Below are positions 45,051-57,287 of a stretch of DNA of 64,000 nt, piece after piece. Position 1 is the stretch's first letter. Every line of letters begins with the position of its first letter. The position numbers were made by a program, and so were the translations under genes. Origin of the DNA: the human T2T-CHM13v2.0 reference genome, Homo sapiens. The stretch is taken from NCBI RefSeq assembly GCF_009914755.1, contig NC_060948.1; one strand, written 5' to 3'. The notes beneath the pieces are model-generated. The model worked only from the letters and a program-made list of their open reading frames with translations, was not told the DNA's origin and made no database searches.

Positions 45051-47000
45051 ATGCTACCACTGTTAGTGTTCTATGCTGTCTCAATTATCTTGATTCAGGG
45101 TGGGTGGAAACTGCCAAGACCAGCTTAGTCATGGAGACCCTAACTTAGTGGTGCTAGAGGAATTAAAGACACACAGAAATATAGCCATGTGGAATGGGAA
45201 AATCAGGAGACCCACAGCCTTCAGAACTGAGAGCCCTGAACAGAGATTTACCCACATATTTATTGACAGCAAGCCAGTGATAAGCATTATTTCTATAGAT
45301 TATAGATTAAAAGTATTCCTTATGGGAAACAAAGGGACAGGCCAAAACAAAGAGATTGGCTTTTGCTAGTTATCTGAAGCAGAAACATGTCCTGAAGGCA
45401 CAGATCGCTCATGTTATTGTTTGTGGTTCAGGAACACCTTTAAGCAGTTTTCTGCCCTGGGTGGGCCAGGTGTTCCTTGCCCTCATTCTGGTAAACCCAC
45501 AACCTTCAATGTGGGCATCATGGCCATAATGAACATGTCACATTGCAGCAGAGATTTTGTTTATGGCCAGTTTTGGGCCCAGTTTATGGCCAAATTTGGG
45601 GGCCTGTTCCCAACAGACAGAAAACTTTAGAATAAATATTTCAAAAAATTGTAGTGACAGGAAATCATTTTTATGGTTGCTAGGTTTGTTATTAGCATCC
45701 CCAGGATAGAGAGTTCTATCTTCTGACCTATTAAAAACATCTCATAGCCATGTTCCCAGATTTCCTAACTAACCAGAGTGATCCCAGAGCACACAAACCT
45801 TTAGTACTTAAGTGGAAATCTCCCTAACTTAATGGCTTCTACCTGAAACCCTCCCCACCACCATTACTTGTATCTGGAAAATTAGGTATTTATATCTCCA
45901 GTGCAGTAATGATTCTTTTGCACCAATGTTGTCTCATTAAAACAAAAGTAGAAGCTTCTCTGTGATGCTCTGATCCAAATATAGGTGACCAGTTTGCAAG
46001 GCCACAGTGTAGTAAATGGAATTCCACTTGTGAGGAGACCATATGCAGTGCCTTCTCCCAGAGTTAGAAAATACAAGTGAAAAACAACTACTTATTATGG
46101 GAACATGAGAGTATTGCCCTCGTTAAAAAAAATAAATAAAAATTGTTACAGCACTCCCAGTGAAATGAGAAAAATATCTTTATGGATTCAACTTGGCCTA
46201 GCAAAGGATTAGCATCACACCCTGCAGGCCATCTTTTTATATCCCAATTTGGCTCCTTTTTCTTTGTGGCCATGAATAGGAAGGAGTCATGCTTTGTGAC
46301 TACTTCCAGCTGCCTGGGGAGTCACATGTTCTTTTAGATGTAGCTTTCACTTATATTTGAAAACTTCAAACAGAGGAAAATGTAATTGGCTACCTTTGCC
46401 CCTCTGGGTGTCATTGTCTGTTACCCCATAGGACCTTAGAAAACCAAAAGTAAGCAAGCAATAGGGTTAATTCTGGCAGAAATTAAGGCAGCAATACGAC
46501 TAGTGGCACACTGGGGTTGCTTTGCTTGCCTCAAGATAACTCTCAAGAACTTTATTTAAATCCTTTAGATTCTAAATCCTAGAATCCTTAGCCACCAACA
46601 AAAATCAGGCACTACAGGGAATTCAAGAGTGCTTAGACTCTTTGGCAAATGTAGTTCTTGATAATGGAGTACTGTTGGATTGTTTACTGACATGACAAAC
46701 TGAAGTCTGTGAAGTTAAAAAACTGCTGCACATATATTAACAACTCTGAACAGGTTAAGGTTAACATTCAAAAGATCTATGAGCATGCTACCTGGTTACA
46801 TAGATATAACCAGGACACTGACCCCAAATATGTCATGTTAACTGTCAAAAATCACTTTCCTAGTCTCACCTGGACTTTACATCTCCTAGGACCTTTGATA
46901 GCTGTCTTGCTGTTACAATTCTTGACCCTTACTTCTTTAACTTCTTAGTAAAGTTTATGTCTTCTAGATTATAACAGTTCCAAGTAAAGGCAATGCAGGC
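45051..47000 (+). pseudogene. env: env pseudogene resembling ERVV-1/ERVV-2 (HERV-V) envelope
   Basis: Signal peptide MLPLLVFYAVSIILIQGGW; fusion peptide AIGLILAEIKAAIRLVAHWGCF (~46460); LDSLANVVLDN; CCTYINNS..KIYEHATWLH..PSLTW..LLGP (ORF 46709-46948). Confidence 0.75.
45112..45615 (-). mobile_element. MER9 solo LTR (HERV-K HML-3)
   Basis: Reverse complement starts tgttgggaacaggcccccaaatttggccataaact and ends ..ctggtcttggca. Confidence 0.88.
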
Positions 47001-47218
47001 ACAAACCTGCCAAACAACCCTGCCTGCTGTCTGAGAGTTTCCTGAAAGTTTTCTGCTTCCAGGCCCCTTAAATTAGGTATCCAGTGAGTTTTGCTTCTCT
47101 GAGAGTAGACAGGGTCTACATCCATAAACGCAGCAGGAAGCAATTACAGAAGACAGACCCCTGCCCTTCTGTAGCCCCTTTAAGATTAAGGAGGAGTTTC
47201 TAATCTCTGGAGAGGGAA

Positions 47219-47702
47219 TGAGGCAAGAGGCAGGACTAGAATCCAGAGGCTCAGGCACTGGACCAAGTTAAGGACTAGCTAAAACAGGGATGGGGCAGAA
47301 GCAGTCTTCCATAACATATGACCCCAGTGTGCAATATCAGTTTACCATTGCCATGGCAATGGGACTGGGACATATCACCTCTTTTCAGGGCAGTGACCAG
47401 ATGACCCAAAAGTTACTATCACTTCCTGGGAAATGTCTGTATAAACCACTTCTTCATGTACATGTAATAAAAAGTAGATATAAATATAACTGCAGAACTG
47501 CCACTGAGCTGCTACTCTCAGCATACTGCCTATGGGGTACCCCTGATCCATGAGGATCAATACTTCGGCTGCTACTGTGCACTGCCACTTAAATAAAAGT
47601 TGCTGTGTAAAACCACTGGTTTGCCCTCGAATTCTTCCCTGGGAAAAGCCAAGAACTCTCTTGGGTAAACCACAATTGTGGGGCTTACCTGCCCTTGAAT
47701 TA
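47219..47702 (+). repeat. MER66-like 3' LTR
   Basis: tgaggcaagaggcaggact start; TATAAA near 47478; AATAAA near 47592. Confidence 0.75.
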
Positions 47703-50700
47703 GTATTACTTTAGGTCTCTTTTCATTAGTGATTTATTTGGATATGCTTTTCCTCTTGTTTAGCCTACTTAGGGGTATATCAATTTTATTTATTTACTTG
47801 AGCCACCAACTTATTTTTTCATAACTTATTTCTATTTTCTTTGCTTTTACTATGTTCTTTTTACTTGTGTTAATTTTGTTTGCTTTGTTTTGGCTTTCTT
47901 AGTTTCTTAAGGTGCATGGTTAGGTGATTTATTTGAAACCTTTCCATATTTTTGATGTAGGTAATAATTGCTGTAATCTTCCTTCTTACCACTGTTGTTA
48001 TATTACCATGTTTTGCATAGTTTCCACAGTTTCTTTTCATGTTAATTTCTAGTTTTACTTCACTGTGGTCAGAGAAGATACTTCATGTAGTTTGAATTGA
48101 AAAATTTTTGTGCAGACTTGTTTTGTGGCCTAACATGTGGTCTATACTTTGTAAAGTGCCAGGTACTAAAGGGAGGAGAGTATATTTTGCAGTTGTTGGG
48201 CCTAATGTTCTACAATTATTTCTTAAGTTTATTTGGTTTAGAGTTCAACTTACATCCATTTATTTCATTAACTTTTGTCCAATGATTTGTCTAATGCTGA
48301 CAGTCGGGTTTTGCATTTTTAAACTGTTTTTGACTTAAAGTTTGTTTTCAGTGACATAAATGTAGCTACCTCTGCTTGCTTGTTGTTTTAATTTTTACAT
48401 CCCTCCGTCTTCAACTGGGTGTTTTTGTATGTGAAAAGAGATTTTTACAGGTTTCAGAAAATTGCATCATGTTTTATTTCCATTCAGGTAGTATATATAT
48501 TTTTAAGTGAAATATTTAATTCACTTATGTCTAAGGTTATTATTGATCTATGAGTTTTGTTAGCACTATGTTGTAAATTGTTTTCTAATTGTTTTGTTCT
48601 CCAGTTTTTCTCTTACTGATTTTCATTCTGGTTTGGTATTTTAGTGTAATGGGATGTGTTGAGTTCTTTATTTTTTTCATTTGTGTGTTTTACTTACCTA
48701 TGAGTTTTAAACTTTTTGGTGTTATCATGATAATAAATATTATAAATATTTTTCTTTCTCTTCCACATGTAACACTCTGTTTTGCATTTCTTATAGGGAC
48801 AGTCTAAAGAAGATAAACTCTTACATCCTTTTTTTTTTTTTTTTTTTTGAGACAGGGTCTTGCTGTATCATGCAGGATGAAGTGTAGTGGCATGATCTCA
48901 GCTCACTGCAACCACTGTCTCCCAGATTCAAGCAATTCTCCTGCCTCAGCCTCACAAGTCCTGGAACTACAGGAAGGTGCCACCGTGCTTGGCTAATTTT
49001 TGTATTTTTGGCTACTTTTTGTATTTTTAGTAGAGTCAGAATTTCACCAGGTCAGCCAGGCTGGTCTCAAACTCCTGATGTCAAGCGATCTGCTTGCCTC
49101 CTCCTCCTAATATGCTGCTATTACAGGCATGAGCCACTCTACCCAACTGTACATTGCTTATTTGCTTGACAAAAGCTGTTCATACTTTATTTATAAATAT
49201 TTGTTTTGCTGGATATCATATCCTTGGGTGGTAATTTTTTATTTTATTTTATTTTTTATTCCAAGCACTTTGAATATATCATTTTATATTCTCCAGCTTG
49301 TAAGGTTTCTGCTAAGCATTCCACTTTTGGCCTAATGAGATTTCCTTTATAGGTGACTAAATGAGTGTACTTATCTTACTGTCTTTTGCTTTGACTTTAG
49401 ACAGTTGTGCTATAGAATTTAATCTTTCTGAATAATATCTCTTTGGGGATCTTCAGGCCACTTGTATTTGGGTGCCTAGATTTTTTGCCTGACTTCAAAA
49501 ATTTACATAGAATTTTTTTAAATAGGTTTTTAAATCATTTTATTTTCTCTTTGCCCTTTGTTACACAAATAATGCCGATATTTATTTTCTCTAGGTTTTC
49601 TCAAATGTCATAAATTCTTTCCTCAATCTCTTTTAGCTTCAAGTCTTCCAAAAGACTTTAAGTTTTGAGATTCATCTGCTTGATATACTCTATTGTTGAA
49701 AATTTTGGACATTATTTTTAATTCAATGAGTTCTTTACTTTCAGTATTTGTTTCTTTGTTTTATGTTAAAAAACTCTCTAGTAAATTTCATACATATATT
49801 CTCAATTGGTTTTCTGATTTCTATGTCTTATTTTTCACAACATGTATCTCAAAAGCTTCTATAAAATCAGCCATTTGAATTACTTATCTGGAAGATAATT
49901 ATTACTATTAGTTATTGTTATAGATTTGGTGTGTACAAGTGTACTTTTCTTACATGGATATATTGCATAGTGCTGAAGTCTGGGCTTTCAGTGTACTCAC
50001 CATCTGAATAGTGAATATTGAACACAATAGGTAGTATTTCATCATTCATCCCCTTCCCAAATTCTTATCTTTTGGAGCCTTCAACATTTATTATTCCACT
50101 CTGTGTGTCCATGTGTACTCATTTATTAGCTTCCACTTAAAATAAAAAATGTGTAGCATGTGGCTTTTGTCTCCTCCTCATTTCATTAGAACAATGGCAT
50201 TCCTTCCATCTATATTGCTGCAAAACACATAGTTTCATTCTTTTATTATGACTGGGTACTCTTCCCTGATGTGGGTATGTTTGTAACATATTAAAATCCA
50301 ATTATTTATTAAGAGATGTCAGGCTGATTTTATAACTTTACTATTCTGAATGGTGCAGTTGTCTTTGTGACATAATGATTTCTTTACTTTTGGGTAGATA
50401 TTCAGGAGTGAGATTGATGAATTGAAGGATTGCTTTATTTGCAGATTTTTCAGGAGTTCTCTGTTTTATTTTCCACAGAGAATGCACTAAACTCCAACAA
50501 CTGCTGTATATGCATTTTCTTTCTTTCATATGCTTGCCAATATTTATTGATTTTTGACTAATAATAATGAATGTTCAAACTGGTGTAACATAGTATTTCA
50601 TCATGATTTTAATTTGGATATCTCTGACAGTTAATGATGCTGAGCATTTTATTTATTGGTCACTTGTATATCTTCTTTTGAAAAAGAATGTTTGTTTTCC

Positions 50701-50713
50701 TTGACTACTTTTT
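47703..50713 (-). mobile_element. Old L1M/L1MA fragments (ORF2, ORF1, and a separate 3' end from ~49915)
   Basis: cactgtggtcagagaagata, taaggtttctgctaag, ttattccactctgtgtgtccatgtgtac motifs. Confidence 0.75.
48829..49146 (-). mobile_element. AluS
   Basis: Poly-T tail, dimer with duplicated middle A-rich linker. Confidence 0.93.
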
Positions 50714-51541
50714 TTTAAATTATACTTTAAGTTCTAGGGTAAATGTGCAAAAGTGCAGTTTCTTTACATAGGTATACACGTGTCAGGTTAGTTTGCTGCA
50801 AACATTATTTCATCATTTACATTAGGTATTTCTCCTAATGCTATCCCTCCCCCTTTCCCCTACCCCACAACAGGCCCCAGGGAGTGATTTTCCCCAGCCT
50901 GTGTCCAAGTATTCTCATTGTTCAATTCCCACCTATGTGTGAAAACATGCAGTGTTTGGTTTTCTGTCCTTGTGATAGTTTGCTGAGAATGATGGTTTCC
51001 AGCTGCATCTATGTCCCTGCAAAGGACATGAACTCATCCCTTTTTATGGCTGCACAGTATTCCATGGTGCATATGGACCACATTTTCTTAATCCAGTCTA
51101 TAATTGATGGACATTTGGATTGGTTTCAAGTCTTTGTTATTGTGAATAGTGCTGCAACAAACATATGTGTCCATGTGTCTTTATAGTAGCATGATTTTTA
51201 ATCCTTTGGGTATATACCCAGAAATGGGATTGCTGGGTCAAATAGTATTGCTAGTTCTAGATCCTTGAGGAATCACCACACTGTCTTCCACAATGGTGGA
51301 AGTAGTTTACACTACCACCAACAGTGTAAAAGTGTTCCTATTTCTCCACATCCTTTCCAGAACCTGTTGTTTCTTGGCTTTTTAATGATTGCCATTCTAA
51401 CTGGTGTGAGATGGTATCTCATTGTGGTTTTGATTTGCATTTCTCTGATGACCAGTGATGATGAGCAGTTTTTCATGTGTCTGTTGGCTGCATATATGCA
51501 TTTTTTGAGAAGTGTCTGTTCATATCCTTTGCCCACTTTTT

Positions 51542-52083
51542 TTTTTTTTTTTATACTCTTAAGTTTTAGGGTACATGTGCACATTGTGCAGGTTAGTTAC
51601 ATATGTATACATGTGCCATGCTGGTGCGCTGCACCCACTAATGTGTCATCTAGCATTAGGTATATCTCCCAATGCTATCCCTCCCCCCTCCCCCGACCCC
51701 ACCACAGTCCCCAGAGTGTGATATTCCCCTTCCTGTGTCCATGTGATCTCATTGTTCAATTGCCACCTATGAGTGAGAATATGCGGTGTTTGGTTTTTTG
51801 TTCTTGCGATAGTTTACTGAGAATGATGGTTTCCAATTTCATCCATGTCCCTACAAAGGATATGAACTCATCATTTTTTATGGCTGCATAGTATTCCATG
51901 GTGTATATGTGCCACATTTTCTTAATCCAGTCTATCATTGTTGGACATTTGGGTTGGTTCCAAGTCTTTGCTATTGTGAATAGTGCCGCAATAAACATAC
52001 GTGTGCATGTGTCTTTATAGCAGCATGATTTATAGTCCTTTGGGTATATACCCAGTAATGGGATGGCTGGGTCAAATGGTAAA
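51542..52083 (-). mobile_element. 5'-truncated L1Hs-Ta (Ta-0) insertion
   Basis: gatgacACAttagtggg diagnostic (tgt at 51642-51644), near-consensus ORF2 C-terminus, cccaaaGgaCtat (Ta-0); TSD cctttgcccacttttt at 51526-51541 and 52084-52099. Confidence 0.93.
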
Positions 52084-53691
52084 CCTTTGCCCACTTTTTG
52101 ATCGTTTTTTTTTCTTGTGAATTTGTTTAAGTTCTTTGTAGATTCTGGTTATTAGCCCTTTGTCAGATCCCATTCTGTAGGTGGCTGTTCACTCTGATGG
52201 TAGTTTCTTTTGCTGTGCAGAAGCTCTTTAGTTTAATTAGATCCCATTTGTAAATTTTGTCTTTTGTTGCCATTGTTTTTGGTGTTTTAGTCATGAAGCC
52301 TTTGCCTATGCCTATTTCCTGAATGACATTGCCTAGGTTTTCTTCTAGGGTTTTTATGTGTTTAGGTCTAATATTTAAGTATTTGATCTATCTTGAATTT
52401 GTTTTTGTATAAGGTGTAAGGAAGGGATCCAGTATCAGCTTTCTACATATGGCTAGCCAGTTTCCCCAGTACCAGTTATTAAATAGGGAATCCTTTCCTC
52501 ATTTCTTGTTTTTGTCAGGTTTCTCAAAGATCAGATGGCTGTAGATGTGTGGTGTTATTTCTGAGGACTCTGCTTTGTTCCATTGGACTATATATCTCTT
52601 TTGGTGCCAGTACTATGCTGTTTTGATTACTGTACCTTGTAGCATAGTTTGAAGTCAGGTAGCCTGATACCTCCAGCTTTGTTCTTTTCACTTAGGATTG
52701 TCTTGGCAATGCAAGCTCTTTTTGGTTCCATTTGAACTTTAAAGTAGTTTTTTCCAATTCTGTGAAGAAACTAATTGGTAGCTTGATGGGAATGGCATTG
52801 GATCCAAAAATTGCCTTGGGCAGTGTGGTCATTTTCACTATATTTATTCCTTCTATCCATAAGCATGAAATGTTCTTCCATTTGTTTGTGTCCTCTTTTA
52901 TTTCGGTGAGCAGTGGTTTGTAGTTCTCCTTGAAGAGGTCTTTCACATCCTTTTAAGTTGGATTCCTAGGCATTTTATCCTCTTTGTAGCAATTGTGAAT
53001 GGGAGTTCACTCATGATTTGTCTCTCTATTTGGTATTGGTGTATAGGAATGCTTATGATTTTTTCACATCGATTTTGAATCCTGAGACTTTGCTGAAGTT
53101 GCTTATCAGCTTAAGGAGATTTTGGGCTGAGATGATGGGGTTTTCTAAATATATAATCATCTCATCTGGAAACAGAGACAATTTGACATCAAGACCCTTT
53201 ATTTCTTTCTCTTGCCTGATTGCCCTAGCCAGAACTTCCAACACTGTGTTTAATAGGAGTGGTGAGAGAAGGCATCCTTGACTTTTGCTGGTTTTCAAAG
53301 GGAATACTTCCAGTTTTTGAACATTCAGTGTGATTTTGACTGTGGGTTTGTCATAAATAGCTCTTATTATTTTGAGATACATTCAATCAATACCTAGTTT
53401 ATTGAGATTTTTAGCATGAAGAGTTTTTGAAAGTTGTTGAAGGCCTTTTCTGCATCTATTGAGATAATAATGTGGTTTTTGTCTTTGATTCAGTGTATGT
53501 GATGGATTACATTTATTGTTTTGTGTATGTTGAACCAGCCTTGCATCCCAAGCATGAAGCCAACTTGATAGTGGTGGATAAGCTTTTGGATGTGCTGCTG
53601 GATTCGGTTTGCCAGTATTTTATTGAGGATTTTTGCATCTATGTTCATCAGGGATATTGGTCTAAAATTCTCTTTTTTTTGCTGTGTCTCA

Positions 53692-53802
<111 letters not shown>

Positions 53803-56800
53803 CTACGTTTGTTAGAATTTGGCTGTGAATCCATCTGGTCCTGGACATTTTTTGGTAGGTAGGCTATTAATTATTGCCTCAATTTCAGAGCCTGTTATTG
53901 GTCTATTCAGAGATTCAACTTCTTCCTGGTTTAGTCTTGGGTGGGTGTATGTGTCCCGGAATTTATCCATTTCCTCTAGATTTTCTCATTTATTTGCATA
54001 GAGGTGTTTACAGTATTCTCTGATGATAGCTTGTATTTCTGTGGGATCAGTGGTAATATCCCCTTTATCATTTTTTATTGCATCTGTTTGATTCTTCTCT
54101 CCTTTCTTCTTTATTAGTCTTGCTAGTGAGTTATTTCTTGTCTTCTGCTGGCTTTTGAATTTGTTTGCTCTTGCTTCTCTAGTTCTTTTAATTGTGATGT
54201 TAAGGTGTCAAATTTAGAGTTTTCCTGTTCTCTCTTGTTGGCATTTACTGCTATAAATTTCTCTCTACACCCTCCTTTAAATATTTCCCCAACATTCTGG
54301 TACATTTTGTCTTTGTTCTCATGGTTTCAAAGAACATATTTATTTCTGCATTCATTTTGTTATTTATCCAGTAGTCATTCAGGATCAGATTGTTCAGTTT
54401 CCATGTAGTTGTGCAGTTTTGAGTGAGTTTCTTAATCCTGAGTTCTAATGTGATTACACTGTGGTCTGAGGGATGGTTTGTTGTGATTTCTGTTCTTTTA
54501 TATTTGCTAAGGAGTGCTTTATTTCTAACTATGTGGTCAATTTTGGAGTAAGTGTGATGTGGTGCTGAGAACTATGTATATTCTGTTGATTTGGATGAAG
54601 AGGTCTGTAGATGTCTATTAGGTCTGCTTGGTGCAGAGCTGAGTTCAAGTCCTGGATATCCTGATTAACCTTTTATCTCATTTTTCTGTCTAATATCCAC
54701 AGTGGTGTGTTAAAATTTCTCATTACTATTGTGTGGGAGTCTAAGTCTCTTTGTAGGTCTCCAAGGACTTGCTTTATGAATCTGGGTGCTCCTGTGTTGG
54801 GTGCATATATATTTAGGATAGTTAGCTCTTCTTGTTGAATTGATCCCTTTACCATTATGTAATGGCCTTCTTTGTCTCTTTTGATCTTTGTTGGTTTAAA
54901 GTCTGTTTTATCAGATACTAGGATTGCAACCCCTGCCTTTTTTTGTTTTCCATTTGCTTGTCGATCTTCCTCTATCCCTTTATTTTGAGACTACCTGTGT
55001 GTTTGCACATGAGGTGGGTCTCCTGAATACAGCACACTGATGGGTCTTGACTCTATCCAATTTGCAGTCTGTGTCTTTTAGTTTGGGCATTTAGGCCATT
55101 TACATTTAATGTTAATATTTTTATGTATGAATTTGATCCTGTCTTTATAATATTAATTGGTTATTTTGGCCATTAGTTGATGCAGTTTCTTCCTAGTATT
55201 GATGGTCTTTACAATTTGGCATGTTTTTGCAGTGTCTGGTACTGGTTGTTCCTTTCCATGTTTAGTGCTTCCTTCAGGAGCTCTTGTAAGGCAGGCCTAG
55301 TGGTGACAAAATCTCTCAGCATTTGCTTGTCTGTAAAGGATTTTATTTCTCCTTCACTTATGACTCTTTGTTTGGCTGGATATAAAATTCTAGGTTGAAA
55401 ATTCTTTTCTTTAGGAATGTTGAATATTGGAACCTACTCTCTTCTGGCTTGTAGAGTTTCTGCCAAGATATCTGCTGGTAGTCTGATAGGCTTCCTTTTA
55501 TGGGTAACCTGACCTTTTTCTCTGGCTGCCCTTACTAATTTTTTCCTTCATTTCAATCATGGTGAATCTGAAAGGCATATGGGTTGCTCTTCTTGAGGAG
55601 TGTCTTTGTGGTGTTCTCTGTAATTCCTGAATTTGAATGTTGGCCTGCCTTGCTAGGTTTGGGAAGTTCTCCTGGATAGTATCCTGAAGGCTGTTTTCCA
55701 ACTTGGTTCCATTCTCCCCATCACTTTCAAGTACACCAATCAAACATATATTTGGTCTTTTCACAAAGTCCCATATTTCCTGCAGGCTTTGATCATTTCT
55801 TTTTACTCTAATCTTGTCTTCTCACTTTATTTCATTAATTTGATCTTCACTGATATCCTTTCTTTCACTTGACTGAATCAGGTATTGAAGGCAGTGCATG
55901 CATCATATAGTTCTTGTGCCATGGTTTTCAGCTCCATCAGGACATTTAAGGTCTTCTCTACACTGTCTATTCTAGTTAACCATTTGTCTAATCTTTTTTC
56001 AAGGTTTTTAGCTTCTTTGCAATGGGTTCAAACATTCTCCTTTAGCTCAGAGAAGTTTGTTATTACTGACTTTCTAAAGCCCACTTCTTTCAGCTTGTCA
56101 AACTCATTCTCTATGCAGCTTTGTTCTATTGCTGGCAAGGAGCTGCAATACTTTGGAGGAGGAGATGCACTCTGGTTTTTAGAATTTTTAGCTTCCCTGC
56201 TCTGGTTTCTCCCCATCTTTGTGGTTTCATCTGTCTTCATTCCTTGATGTTGGTGATCTACGTATGGGATTTTGTTGTGGATGTCCTTTTTGTTGATGTT
56301 GATGCTATTCCTTTGTGTCTGTTAGTTTTCCTTCTCACAGTGAGGTCCCTCAGCTGCAGGTCTCTTGGATCTTGCTGGAGGTCCACTCCAGACTCTGTTT
56401 GCCTGGGTATCACCAGTGCAGGCTGCAGAACAGCAAATATTGCAGAACAGCAAAAATTGCTGCCTGATCCTTTCTCCGGAAGCTTCATCCCAGAGAGGCA
56501 CCCAGCTGTATGAGGTGTCAGTCAGCCACTACTGGGAGGTGTCTTCCAGTTAGGCTACATGAGGGTCAGGGACCCAATTGAGGAGGCAGTCTGTCCATTC
56601 TCTGAGCTCTAACAGCATGCTGGGAGAACCATTGGTCTCTTAAGAGCTGTCAGACAGGGACACTTAAGTCTGCAGAAGTTTCTGCTGCTTTTTGTTCAGC
56701 TATGCTCTGCCCTCAGGGGTGGATTCAATGGAGGCAGCAGGCCTTGCCATACTGCAGTGAGCTCCACCCACTTCGAGCTTCCTCAGACACTTTGTTTACC

Positions 56801-56816
56801 TACTCAAGCCTCAGCA

Positions 56817-57059
56817 ATGGTGGACAACCCACCACCTGCCCAGCTGCTGCTTTGCAGGTTGATCTCAGACTGCTGCACTAGCAGTGAGCAAGGCTTCTTG
56901 GGCATGGGACCCACTGATCTAGGCATGGGACCCACTGATCTAGGCATGGGATATAATCTCCTGGTTTGCCATTTGCTAAGACCATTGGAAAAGTGCAGTA
57001 TTTGGGCAGGAGTGTCCCATTTTTTCCAAGTACCATCTGTCATGGCTTCCCTTGGCTAG
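56817..57059 (+). CDS. ORF0: Open LINE-1 ORF0 homologue (antisense 5'UTR ORF, 80 aa); expression unknown
   Basis: MVDNPPPAQLLLCRLISDCCTSSEQGFLGMGP..GYNLLV..LRPLEKCSIWAGV matches recalled ORF0 (MAGAPPPASLPPCSLISDCCASNQRDSVGVGP..); gcaATGg context. Confidence 0.6.
   Translation: MVDNPPPAQLLLCRLISDCCTSSEQGFLGMGPTDLGMGPTDLGMGYNLLVCHLLRPLEKCSIWAGVSHFFQVPSVMASLG
56901..56950. repeat. Perfect 21-bp tandem duplication ggcatgggacccactgatcta
   Basis: Direct observation. Confidence 0.95.
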
Positions 57060-57287
57060 GAAAGGGAAATTCCTCAACCCCTTCTGCTTCCTGTGTGAGG
57101 TAATGCCCAACCCTGCTTTGGCTCACCCTCCATGGGCTTCAACCACTGTCCAACAAGTCCAGTGAGATGAACCATGTACCTCAGTTGGAAATGTAGAAAT
57201 CAAACATCTTCTGCATGAATCACAGCTGCAGACTGGAGCAGTTCCTATTGGCCATCTTGGAACAGAATCTCCCTCTGACTACTTTTT

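Larger units (their letters stand above)
42416..47702 (+). mobile_element. 5'-truncated MER66-like (MER4/41 group) ERV: gag end, AT-rich spacer, env, 3' LTR
   Basis: gag FITQSAPDIKKKLQKAIMGPQT..YNNRD; env TM; PPT ggagagggaa then LTR. Confidence 0.8.

Noticed and set aside
45051-47000. The functional ERVV-1/ERVV-2 locus itself
   Set aside because: No long env ORF; multiple stops and an LTR insertion
51265-51891. 208-aa ORF
   Set aside because: Antisense read-through of L1 3' sequence across the L1Hs junction
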